Source of the DNA: Rotaria socialis | Taxonomy: Eukaryota | Assembly: GCA_905331295.1 (NCBI GenBank) | Contig: CAJNYD010000067.1 | Span: 124,001-151,324, forward strand | Reading direction: 5' to 3' | Length of the DNA: 27,324 nucleotides | Shown: positions 11,339 to 23,764 of the stretch, piece by piece | Numbering within the stretch: the first letter of the stretch is position 1 | Layout: each line of letters opens with the position of its first letter | Notes under the pieces: generated by a model | The model's database searches: none | The model's input: only the letters and a program-made list of their open reading frames with translations | What the model was told of the DNA's origin: nothing | Translations under genes and position numbers: made by a program

Positions 11339-12564
11339 AATTTGATTGAAAATCAAAGACAGACTTTTTTCTCTTCTCTTTGAACAACAAAACAAATCGA
11401 ATCAATTATTTTTTTTTGCTCCTCCTAAAACTATAATTCATTCGAGTCATTCATTAAGAAATATCGCTTCTTTACACTTGAAAAAAAAATAGAAGACTGT
11501 ATATATTTTAATTTCTAAAGTGTAATTTTGAATAAAAATTATGATTCTCTAATTATTCGTCTTAGAAAAATCAACAGTGAACCGCTTTTTCATGAAGAAG
11601 AACTTTGTTTTTAATGCTTTGAACGATTTCTGAAAAAAAGAATTTCGAAAACTGCGTTTACATTTAGTATCAAGTATTCCTCTCTGTCATTTCAGAGTCT
11701 GTCGCAAAGAGAAAGATTCAAGAATAATTTCATCTCGTACACTCGGCGTCTAAATTTAAGATCATTTATCATTGGATTCTTAACATTTACGTCTGAATAA
11801 CATAATATATAAAATTCATTTATGCACTTTTTGGTTTAAATGACGTACTGAAAATAAAAAATTCAATGAAATAACCTTGTTCTAAACGTTTACGGTCTTT
11901 AACTTCTATTATTCAATAAAATAGATGCTTTTTTCTTCGATCGATTCAAGGTGTCTCTTCAATGATGATCGACGAAGCGAATCACAATAGATCAATAATA
12001 TGAAAACGATGATTCGATGATTTTGACAGTTCTTCTCCCGCTATCGTGCGTGAGAGTGGTAGATACGTAAACATTGCACGTGTTGAATGTGTACTTAGAC
12101 CTTTTCCTTACTCATATTTGATGTTGATGTTTCGAAACTACGTCGCACAATATAGATCGCATCGCAGAGCAACAAGAGTGTAATTTGATGAACCGCGATT
12201 CGATATAATGCATTGAGATTGAAGCACTACTATTATTTCATCATTGGTTTGTAACCGACCGAGATGAACACGGATCAAAGTCAAATCGATATCCGTCAAT
12301 TTTTTTTTCTATAAAATTTTTATCTTGTCTTCTTAGTTCGATGTAAAAATATTTGAAGCTAATAAAATATGCAAAACAAAAATTGTATGGCAAAGAACTC
12401 ATTTTACTATAGTTAGAATGATAATTTCATTGTGATTTTTATTTTAAATAAAAAACTAAAAACAAATGAAAATACAAATTATTCGAATCAATGTCGATTT
12501 ATCAGCAGTATTTCATATAAATGTTGATATTCATGTTTTGTTTTGTCGATTGATAATACAATTT

Positions 12565-13534
12565 TGTGGAACTCACATATATTTTCGAAGAAAATAGTGA
12601 GTGTAAGTTGAATTGTTAGGGTTTTGCGGCTCCCCTGTACCCCACCCCCTCCCCATTACAGACATAAAATATAAAAAAACTAACACTTACAATGGAGGTG
12701 TTTCAGGTGATAAGCAAAAACGTTGAAGTTTTTTATATCAAATGAAAGCTCTCATCATGAAACTAACATGGTTAAAATATTAGCGGCTGTTGGCGCACCC
12801 TTACGGAGATATTCGATTTTTCAGTGAATTTTCTCTACAGGACCGGCTTTCCCAACAATATCATATTTTCGAATTTGAACCTGAAACTACGTATGCATGA
12901 AGGTCTCAAAGAGACTAGCTTATAGAAAAAAAAAACATCAGNCCAAAATTTAGAACACAAGTACTTGAAATTTCCAAAACTTCCTTTTTTTGGAAGTCTG
13001 AACACTGCTGTACAGAAGCGAGCAACTAGTTTATGCTACTATTACACTCGTTACTTCTACCACGTACAATAAACAGATGAAGATTTTAATCTTTTTTTTT
13101 TCTCACATGAATACCTTAATATAGAGCTTGAATCCACTTTAGTGTATTTACAATTCGCAACTTTTCCATCCACTGGGAAGCGTTTATCAAATTTTCGTTT
13201 ATGAGAAAATGTATCAATTTCTCACCTGATAATACGAAAAAATATAAATTTCTCAACAATATTGTCAGCTATATCTTAAATACTGTTTAAACTATTATCA
13301 TTCACAATATTTCTCAATGAAACCACTAAACACTTCAGCATACCGACATATTCTAAACAAAAAGTTTCTTATACGGTCTCTCTAGTAATATTTCCTATTG
13401 ATAGATTCAATAAACTTCAAATGTTAAAAAGGTTTTATTATCTTATTTTTGAACAAAATATGATCTCACTAGATTGAAAAAATAAAACTTCTATTTGATC
13501 AGTATCTAACTGACCGAGATATGTGAGTTCCACA
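12565..13534. mobile_element. Non-autonomous DNA transposon remnant bounded by 16-bp perfect inverted repeats
   Basis: TGTGGAACTCACATAT (12565-12580) and ATATGTGAGTTCCACA (13519-13534). No long ORF and no clear TSD. Contains an N at 12942. Confidence 0.6.
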
Positions 13535-14301
13535 TTTTAGCCCGCACGGGGCTGTGCTGAAAAGCTTTTCTATAATAACTTTTGTTTTCTATTGATTTAA
13601 TTTCAGCAAAAATCTCTTCCAAAAAAAACGAATCACACAATACTTCTTACTTCTTCGTGAAGTTTTATTTAATTGCTGATGTATTACCTTTGTAGAAATC
13701 AAACTAATAGAATTTTTTAACGTTAAGGCTTTCATATGGAAAATTATATCGTTTACAAGAGGTCTATTTCGAACAATGAATCATTCATGGATTTGATTAC
13801 TAAAGTAAATACGAAATAAAGTTTTACAAATATGGTTTCTAGTGCTTACAGCTGAAAATTTTGGTCACTTTACAAACGTTTCACTCTCTGGTATTCGATA
13901 TACTAATATGTTTGTCATAGGAATGAACCAAAATACATCTTGCCACAAGTTGCAATTTCATTAAGATGCCTATAATTTTATGAGAAAAGATTTAAGAACA
14001 TTTATTTTGCTGTATTATTTAGTTAACATTTCAATTGGATGTACACCGCGTGCAATTATAGAAATCTATTAGCTACTTCTAATGGTTTATTGTTCATACA
14101 TTTTGAATGATTCAGTTCTTAAAATTATTTCTAAGCGTTGCATTCAATCAATATTATATTTCAATGACTTCATAAAATTTAATATTACTACAAACACACT
14201 AACAATTAAAATAGAGAACAATAACAGTAAAGAAAACAAATAGATTGATCTGAAGAATCTAAAATGAGTACAATTTTACCAGTCAGCAGAATGAGAAAAA
14301 A

Positions 14302-14678
14302 CCAAGGCGGAACAAACTGATTTCCAGGCATAGAAATCACTAGAAATAATCATGCATTAAAGATGTGAATAAAGACTCAGTTATTAGAAATTACAAGAAA
14401 AAAATGTAAATAAATATAACTCACAGAAATTTTCGAACTATACAGTGAAAGAAAATATTGATTACTGATGATTTTTACTAATTTCCTTTTTCTTCAGAAT
14501 GTACAATGTTTTCAGTGACCACTGTTGATTTCTCATAATTTTTCAACATTTCTGAACGTTTCCAATGATTTCTGCTGGTTTGCAATGATCATATAAAAAC
14601 TGATCTCCAGTCATAGAAATCACTAGAAATCATAAAAAAATCAAAAAGAATCATGGAAATCAGTTTGTTCCCCCTTGG
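14302..14678. mobile_element. MITE, 377 bp, 25-bp TIRs
   Basis: CCAAGGCGGAACAAACTGATTTCCA (14302-14326) vs TGGAAATCAGTTTGTTCCCCCTTGG (14654-14678), one mismatch. Flanked by A6 and A8 runs, consistent with an A-only TSD of unresolved length. Confidence 0.85.
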
Positions 14679-15014
14679 AAAAAAAACACTCAAATGTACT
14701 CACTGCGGACCCACATATCTGTATACTACTTAGAGTTCGAAGACTTTCTCCATGTAACCATACATGTATTAGCAACTTCTATCGTAAAGAGTTTCGATAT
14801 CATTAGATGACGTTGTATTTTACTGTGTTAACGATAAAATTATCAACAGCTATTAATATTCGAATCTTATGAAGTAGAACTTGATGATATATGAATTATT
14901 AAATAGACAATGACATTTTCTACAAACGTACACACTCTCTAGTTAAAAATCACAGGAAAACTGTCGGCCACCTTTTCAGATGGGGATTCTATTTTTGAAG
15001 ATGTATGCCAGCAT

Positions 15015-15323
15015 TCAACCCCATTTGAATATGGATGACATTAGATCACTCCCATCAACTTTATACGTCTCCAGGTATTTTTTTGATACGGGATAACGAA
15101 GAAAAACGGTTCGCAGCTCTTCTATAATTTGGCGACATTCAACAGCAGTTATACATGAATTAAACAGTCGATATTGTACTGCTTCTGCTTCTTTTATAAC
15201 TTCTTCCCAGCCAGGTTCATTCGGTACTTCCCATTCATGATTGTTATAAACAATCCGTTGCATTGTCGGTCTTGATAAGCCCATGTCCACTAGTAGAAGC
15301 ATCCAAATAATAATAATAAACAT
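15015..15323 (-). CDS. Small secreted protein (102 aa), candidate amidated peptide precursor ending FKW-G
   Basis: AAAC-ATG start context; hydrophobic signal-like N-terminus MFIIIIWMLLLVDMGLS; protein-like composition; C-x5-C; KK; terminal Gly before the stop. No family recognised. Confidence 0.75.
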   Translation of the reverse strand: MFIIIIWMLLLVDMGLSRPTMQRIVYNNHEWEVPNEPGWEEVIKEAEAVQYRLFNSCITAVECRQIIEELRTVFLRYPVSKKYLETYKVDGSDLMSSIFKWG

Positions 15324-15467
15324 GTTTACCGGTTGAAACTATGATAATTTAGTCGCAAAAATGTGTTGTTTCCTACAATCACTTGCGATACAAGTGAGCA
15401 ATATCTAAAATATATCACAATTTTCGTTTGGCCTCAATAATACTAAATAATTCTCTAGTAAAATAAG

Positions 15468-15475
15468 CTTATATA
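15468..15475 (-). promoter_or_regulatory. Possible TATA box of the 102-aa gene
   Basis: TATATAAG on the minus strand about 145 bp upstream of the ATG. The AT-rich background weakens the call. Confidence 0.3.
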
Positions 15476-18400
15476 CTGTTTTTATTTTTCGCTTATTAAT
15501 ATTTTGCTTAGAAAAACAAAATACCCACGCAAGAGAACTACTACACTTTCTCTGAATCATACTCACTCTATATCATAGGATTGTAAGTCAGAGTTAAAAA
15601 AAACGTGCAGACTGCATGTTTTCAAGAGCATTTGCCAACTTGAGAATGGCGGTCTGACGCAATGACCACTCAAAGTAAATAGAGTAAAACATCAGATTGA
15701 CTGAATTTTTTGATTCAGCACACTCAAAATGAAGAAAAAGGGAAAGGGGAAAATCGGTGAAAAATAAAAAGAGGTCGATGATTTGTTTTTCGCGCCTGTC
15801 TTCGAAATTTCGACATGACAACACATCCTTACGTCATACACTGCTATGATTTCGTACGTTTTAATCCGCATTTGTCATTTTTCACGTTCTCCCAATAATA
15901 TTCTCTTTTTTAAATGTATTTTCTCATCAGAACTTAAGGATTCACCTATTCCAATATGCGTATTTGTTTTAGGCTTCAGCGCTTGTAATACATATAGAGG
16001 GGGAGGGGGCGATATGGAGAAATGAATCAATATGTTGCTCTTTTGATTTCATGACACGATTGTCAAGAACGTTACTAGGGGGATTCCTTTTTCTGTAAAT
16101 TTGCGCTGTTAGTTTTCTTTCGTCACTGTGTCAATAATGTCGTTCCGTTAGATTCAACGTCATTCAGGTTGAATTAAAGAGAGTGAATGAAACTGTCAAT
16201 AGTCATAATTGATTTTTAAATGTTAGTTCTATGTGATAGTGAACTATCTAAAAGTATACTTATCTTAACTTGTATTACCAGTATGGTAGACATAATATTT
16301 TTAAAAAGCAACACTAGAAGTCTTCTTTGGCCAAGTAAAATTATAGAATGATCTAAAAATGCGTTGTAAAAGCACATGATTTTTCGTTCAAACCAGTTTT
16401 GTCAAAAGAACAGAAGACCTACTTATATATTTATATATGCATAATTTTTGATTCTCATGCCAAGCAAGAAACTAATATCCAAATAATAGTGCGAATTGTC
16501 AAGGACACTCGCTTTCAAATGTATTCTTTGTCAAACTTTCATAGGTAGACTCTTTTAAAGAAAGGTTTCTACAAAAGCAAAACACAGCATGTTTTTCCAG
16601 CTTCTAGGTTACAGTAAAAAGAAATTCTTAACATTACTACCCATAAATGAATAATAGCTAATGGAGAATACTCAACCGAAATAGTCTACTACACATTCAT
16701 TTAGTTCATGCCTAGTCCGCGGTATGCAAACGGAATAAAAGAATTGAACAATAGCTTTATTCAGATATTTGATTTGATAATGCCTGAGATGCGGCTGACC
16801 TTCTAATGGCAAGCTATAGTTGTATAGCAGCAAAGAGTTATCTTTAAGCAGTGCAAATAGCAAAGTGCCCTTAGAGTCACTCCATATCTAAATGAAACTC
16901 ACCGACATAAGATATATTAATCAAAAATGGATTTGGATTACATATGATGGAAAACTCTTACGCTTAGAAGTAAAGCAGAACAAATAATTCTAATATCTTA
17001 ATAATACGATTATTTCATTTTAGTTCAAATATGAATTCTAACGTCTTATAATGAAGATTGCCAGAGTTGCATTTGCGATTTATGTCTTATATTCCTGTTC
17101 CTGTATTCTTGTGTTTTGCTTTTCAATTTCAGATGAGTGCAATCTTTGCGCATATTACAATATAAATTTTCGTTCCTGATAGAATACGAGAACCGTATAG
17201 TTCGATCGGCTAGTTCACGCGGGGATATTGAAAACATGTTTCTATGTAATGTTTTTCTTTCTCTATTTAAAACTATAAATAACAGGACTTCGCGTAACTG
17301 GCTAAGCTTTAAAGGTGACTTCGCACTAGTTACATATATATATAAGTACGGGACTTCTTTAATGCATGTGCATGCTCAGATAAATCCCAGTATCTCTGGT
17401 GCCGAGCTGGGTTCATTCGATGGGGATTTCCATTGATTATTCAAGTCCCTATTTCTGAAATATTTCTTTCCAATTTTTTTTAAAGCATTAAAAAAATATC
17501 ACTCACCAATTTAAGTGAATTAAACATCGTTCTTTTTCACATCGCTCACAGAAAGAAAGAAAACGGTGTAATAACTCGAACCTTCCGAATTGACTCATTT
17601 TTAAAGACGTCATATAGTTTGTTGATTTTTAACTTCTGTAGTTTTTGATGATATTACGTAAGTTTTTCTACTGCCTTATTAGCTTATTTGAATTTTTCCG
17701 TGTGAAATATATCTGTTTTCAAATTAAAAACACTCTCACAGAAAGATGGAAAATGTGAAAGAAAGGTAAACACAAAGACAAAAAAAATGGATAAAATATA
17801 TAACATTGTCATAATCAATCAGATTTTCATATATACCTGAAAGAAAACTAGAATCAGTGATGGATTCCATTCAAAACTTGTATAGTACGCAGATATATCT
17901 TTTTTTAAATTTATATTTCAATGCTTGCATGACTTGTATTTATTTTATGTGTAAACTCTTTAATCAGTACTTATAGTTAATTAAGATCTAGTTTATTTAG
18001 CTAAATGTTACAACAGAAATATATGCTTAGTTGCCATAAAAATACATACAGTATGCATTTCTTAATAAAATATCATTCAATAACAAATTATTTGAATTTC
18101 AAAAAAATTCATAAAATATTTTTGTAGCATATTAGAAGATTTTCAAAGATAAATCCATGATCGATGTTGCTTGGTAAGCTTTTCCCACTTTGAGAATCAC
18201 ATAGCTCGACTCGCTTGATGAACACGCCTATTTATGTCAATATTTTTTATTTTGGCATTCTGGATCATTAGTTTTGAGTCAACTTAACACTTTCTAAAAA
18301 TTAAATTTAACATCATCCCGCTCTCTTGTAGACATAGTTTGAAAACATGAAAGGAATCTTTATATGCAAAACCTTATTATACACGACTACAGTATCGATA

Positions 18401-19056
18401 TCATGTTCTACTTATCGAAAGACGTTTCGGAATCACTGCTAGAAACGTGAGTACTCCGGTGATTTTTATGAAACCAATTAAATGCCACATTATGCCTCGT
18501 TTAGCGAAAGATTCTTACGGTAATTCTCTGCTATTCACCGACGAAAACATCATACAAAACCGAAACCTATCCTCTATTTATAATGCCTCGACTAAACACT
18601 TACGCTCATTGAATGTACTCATTACACTTAAAATACATATAATGCCTCCACGGCGTGATCACAGTTACGAGTCAAGTCTTGGGTGGACACCACCAAACGA
18701 ACTCCATCAATGATCAATGAAGTTATCAAATTTTACATCATGCATTTCATATTTACAATTTGTAGATTAGCGATTACCTTCAGCATCACTAGAAAAAAAG
18801 CAGATTGTCCTATATAATTTTTTCTTTATGCTTTAAAGCAATTGCATAACTTCAACTGAAAAACAAGCTCGTACCTGGCAAGAAGTTTCGTGTTAAAATT
18901 TTCGTGCTTCACCTAAGTGAATGAATTATTTTCAGCATGTGATTCAAACTTCATATCTAGCTTTGAAAGTAAGTGATTTTGTTCTATGGAATCAACTGGC
19001 CTCATATTTTTAATCATATTGTGGGATTTAGTAATCTATCTCAGATAGAAGTTTAA

Positions 19057-20103
19057 GGGGGAACCCCCCCTCAGAAAGTCAAGTTTTGTTAGAAAATTCG
19101 ATTTTTCAAAAAAATGCATTATCTTGTAGCTCTGAGTGTCCTCTTTCAGAATATATATAAATTATATGAAAATGATACATATTTAGGCTTTTCTTGCGCG
19201 TTTACTCGAAGCCATTGTAGAAATAGTCTAATTTTAGTGAGTTTTTCCTTAGTTACCGTGAATTGATATCGTTCAAATTTTGATTCGAGCATTAGAAAAC
19301 CATCCTGATATCAAATAACATGTTTCTAAGCGGTCTGAGCGGCTGTAAGAAGATTTTGGTAGGTGTTCTTATGCAACGAAAACCCTGTGTATGTAAGCGA
19401 CAGCTATTATTTCAACTGTATCTTCGAATGTAGGGATGTAACACTAGCAGTGCACTACTAGAGTAACGATACAGATTGTTATTGATCTATATTAGTAATA
19501 GATAGTACTTGAGCTGACCATATAATATGTTACAAATATTTACACAGGAACACCATGAACTACCCCACAATGTTGTAAGTCATTTTTCTCAGCGTCACTT
19601 TTTTCTTGTTTTCTGATCACTACGGGAACATTTTCTGGGTCTATCGCTCAATGCATACTACTGATTCTTTTTTATTCGAAAGATCAAATATTTCTCTATA
19701 AATTGTAGGAACAGATTTTTAAAATATATTTCGGTTGTTCAGATATTTGAAAATCTTTGAAACAGTTCATAGTAGTTTTCTACGAGTTTCAGTTTAAAAT
19801 GACCATTGCAATTGAACGAAGCCGAATAAGAAAAAACTGTTCCTACAATTTCTAGATAAAATAGTTTTCTTCATTTAGAAACAAAGTTCAGTATTTTACA
19901 TGCTACCGTACATCGGGAAAGTGTTCCGTGCCGGAAGCCCTGTTTTGATGAGTAAAATGAGTATAACTCAATTATTATTGAAAATGATTGGTTCAAATTT
20001 TTATCAGATGCTATTTATAATAGCTTTTATATTTCATGAAATTTTCATCCAAATCTGTTACATCGTTTAGAAGATAGGTTTCTGAGGGGGAGGGGGTTCT
20101 CCC
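19057..20103. mobile_element. Non-autonomous Kolobok-like DNA transposon, 1047 bp, TTAA TSD
   Basis: TTAA at 19053-19056 and 20104-20107. The left end GGGGGAACCCCCCCTCAGAAA matches the right-end reverse complement GGGAGAACCCCCTCCCCCTCAGAAA. Purine 5' termini with a TTAA TSD fit Kolobok rather than piggyBac (CCY). No transposase ORF. Confidence 0.8.
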
Positions 20104-22773
20104 TTAACATTCTTTTTTTTTCAACAAAACTGAAATCAATTCAAACGGATGCTGTATAGCAATAAATTATAATAAGTTCGCGATTTTATCATCATTTAAT
20201 AGTTGAAAGTGTTCTAGTTTGTCATGTACTCTTAAATCAATGTTGTATACCTAGTGGCACCAAAAATATTTTGAGAAAACTAGATTTTTTCCTGATTTTT
20301 GTATCGACGGTATCAATTTTCTAGTCGTATTTTTCATACACCGATGGCAGACAAGAACTTTCGTTCCGCTTAAGTTTAAAATTTTTGTTAGCCATAATCT
20401 ATTCAGATTATATAATACTGAGTTTTTCTTGATAAGCACATGATATTACTTCATTTTTTTTAGTAATTACACTATGCTGTCAGATCGGCATTTGAATCTT
20501 TTCTTTTCAATGGCATGACCAATTTTAAATAATCTAATATTGAGTTTGCAGTTCGTTTTAAGCATTATATATTAAAATCAATATCATTAACTTCATTTTT
20601 ATCTTGCCAAATAGTTATAATTAAATTTGTATCTGTATATAACGAAAATAATGTTCTATTTTATAAGCTGTTACAATAAGTAGATGTGAAGCAATAATAA
20701 GAGCATAATATTTTGACATATGAATTAATTTCTGATTAAATTAAATGTTCTTTCCTTCAGAATGAACTATCATGAATATTTTCTAATCTTACTTATATTT
20801 TTACTGCAGCCATCTTCTCACTTTTTCGTGCATATTGTCAAGTTTTGGGATAGATGATGACCAAAATTATTCATTTCCACGCAATACAAGAGTTACAAAT
20901 TAAAAAGATTCGTCGAAGTACTATTCTAGAATTAGTTTGTCTTTTATGTTGGGTATGTTTGATAAATCAATTTTCCATATGAATTTCTTCTGTTAATAAG
21001 TTTCGAATAAAGTAATCATAAGAGATACACCTATATTTGATTCTATGACCAATTTCGATTTCGTTCGCACATCTCGTAAAAATACATATGTGCCACATTT
21101 ATTTGATATTTTTCGATCAAACGTTTGTAAATGCTATTCGCTTCAAATAAAAGATGTATATGAAGATTAAAACTGTATTGAAAACAAACATTCTGCTCCA
21201 AAAAATTTAACGTTCTATTTGCTCGAGCAAAACAGATTTTTCCTATCATTATCCTTTCTAACTTCGAATAATCAATTTCAATGAAATTCAGATCAATGGA
21301 AACAACTATTTCCATAAAAGTGGTGCATGAACTAAATAGATGTTTATTCACGTTGTGATCGATACTAAATTAGGATAACTAATAACTATATATTATTCAT
21401 TATTTTATCCGATCAAGAAAGCGTGTAGAAGAGAGAAAAGTTTATTTTATTTTATTTTTTCTAGCATATGAAAGTCACATGTGCAGCTATGCACAGAATA
21501 GATAGGAACGATGAAGAACAGACAAAGCAATAGCTGTGGGTATGAGTGTGTTGCTACAAGTGTGCATGGCTTTCAGCTATTCACCCATACTCATACTCAC
21601 ACATCCATAGATTCTTAACTTAGGCGACATACTACCATCAGCGATTTACTCTTCAGCAACTATCATGCTATGTGACAAATGATTAGTGAGAACTAAAACA
21701 TTGTATAGATTATGAGTCGAAATGATAATTAAAGAGTTGTATCTTTTTTTGTTTCATTTAATATTTCTACAGTCCGCCGATTCAAGATAAACTCTTAAAG
21801 GTGTTTGTCTGTTGGGTTCAATTAATAATTTCATTACAGGAACGTTCTTTCAGATTTGATCCTGATAAAGCATATAAGATACAAGTTGAAAATGATTACG
21901 CTGTTGTGTGCACAACGATCTAATCAATAAACGATTTAACAGCATAACAAGAGAAGTGATTGGAGCAATAAAAATGAGAAGAACTCTAACACGAATAGAG
22001 ATTATAGAGAATCACTTACTTTTAATTCATGAAAGGCATCTATTTTTAAACTATGACCAAAAAACCTATTGAGAGCAATAAGGGCAAATGATAGAAGATC
22101 ATTAATTGTGTACTTAAATTCTTGCTACGCAAATCAAAAATTGAAACAAGTACTATTATCTCAAAAGAGACGTAATCATGTCTCTTCAGTGAATTTTGTA
22201 CGCACAGTCAATTATTAGCTCTGGCAAGAGTAATATCTATATTTTATGGTAAAAAAAATGAAAATATTTATCACAATCCAGTTATTAATAGTTTTTTGAT
22301 GGCATCAAAATGGCATGGAAATAAATAATAAAACCGCACGAACTATAGTCCATTCATTTTTATTGTAGCTAAACGTTTAAGGTATGGTTTTATGCGGATA
22401 TTTCATCTCAAACTAAACCATGCTTATGATATACTTACTATTGAATGATTTAAATACTCGAGTTCTACAAATCTATATTAACCTTGAAATTCTCCTGGCA
22501 CAAAAACAAAACTTAATTGATGAGTATTTTTAATACTTAGATGATTACTTAAACGGAATGTTAATAGTTTTGCTTTCTGCTTGATAAACATTATAAGGAA
22601 TATTTTCAGACTAACTCTCATGACTTTCTAAAGTTCGATGAGTTTCAAAAGTCTATACCATCAAGAAAAGCGAAACTTAAGAGCTGTAAATTCAACTCTT
22701 TATGTTGAAAAAAGAAAAGTCAGACATTTTTTGATCGACAGCATATAAAAAAAGCAATTGCCATCGAAACATG

Positions 22774-23764
22774 TTAATTCATATACGTGTCATTGAACCA
22801 ATTGCCGCTCGTTACCATACCATTGGCAAATGTCATAGTGCCCCATCCATGTTTCTTATCATTCATCCAAGATCCTTGATATTGCCAACCTTCGCGAGAT
22901 GTAAATATCCCGTGCCCATGCATAAGGTCCTTAATAAAATTACCCACATATATATGTCCACAGTCCCCACAATGAAAGGTACCATATCCATCCTTCAGGC
23001 CATCTTTCCAATTTCCGTCATATCGACTACCATTAGGCCAGACGGATACTCCTTGACCGTTAGGTTTATCGTTTACCCAACTACCAACATATTTATGGCC
23101 ACAGTTGTTACAATCAAAACTTCCATGCCCATGCCTAAGACCATTTTGAAAAGTTCCTTCGTATCTGCCATCTGGATAGTTAACATTTTGGATGGAGTTA
23201 GGGGCCACATAAGACAAGTTCTGGTTGTATACTTGAGAAGACATAGAATGATTTGAAATGACTGGATATTGTTCGGCATGATTTGTTGCATTTGAATATG
23301 TTTGAGCATGATTCGGCGAGACTGTCGGGAATGAAGTTCGATTTGGTTTTACTGATAACGATTGAGAGCTCATGGTATCGCGATATTGTCGAGCAAGGAG
23401 GGGCACATTAGTAATGTTTATCTGGGACTGATTCGGCATTACTGCCACTAGTCTATCATTAACACTGGTTTTCAATTCCTGTAAATAGTTTGGAGCGACG
23501 GGTACCCATTGATGTTGGTTTCCATTTGGTGGATAAGTTTTTTTGTGTTTGTCTACTTGCATTGTTTTTGGTTTCATGCTGAAGTCATTTTGAGTTTTTG
23601 GTTTATAATCTAGAAAAGACGTTTTCTTCTCAATACTCATAATCGACCGTCATTTGATATATTTAATATCTACTCACTAGACAATGTTTCATTCTTTGTC
23701 TTTGTTGATTTCTTCTTCTGATCAAACGGCACGAAATTGGGCGTTTTTTTTGAATCATCCGTAT
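22774..23764 (-). CDS. MORN-repeat coding exons (23764-23678 and 23609-22774); 5' part lies further upstream
   Basis: Five full and one partial MORN repeat (Y-x-G-x-W/F-x-N/D-G/D-x-x-H-G-x-G). A 68-bp phase-1 intron at 23677-23610 (GTGAGT...TTTTCTAG) contains the ORF-track Met. The upstream 87-bp exon is open (TDDSKKTPNFVPFDQKKKSTKTKNETLS) and is preceded by an AAG acceptor ending at 23765. Confidence 0.85.

Noticed and set aside
12140..12310. Possible minus-strand exon KKKLTDIDLTLIRVHLGRLQ... after a TTTTATAG acceptor
   Set aside because: No partner exons or recognisable domain.
15594..18713. Short ORFs at 15594, 16672, 17046, 17137, 18447
   Set aside because: Mostly non-ATG starts, no motifs, no splice model.
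22771..23309. 161-aa plus-strand ORF and 78-aa alternate-frame ORF over the MORN exon
   Set aside because: Antisense and frame shadows typical of MORN repeat coding sequence.
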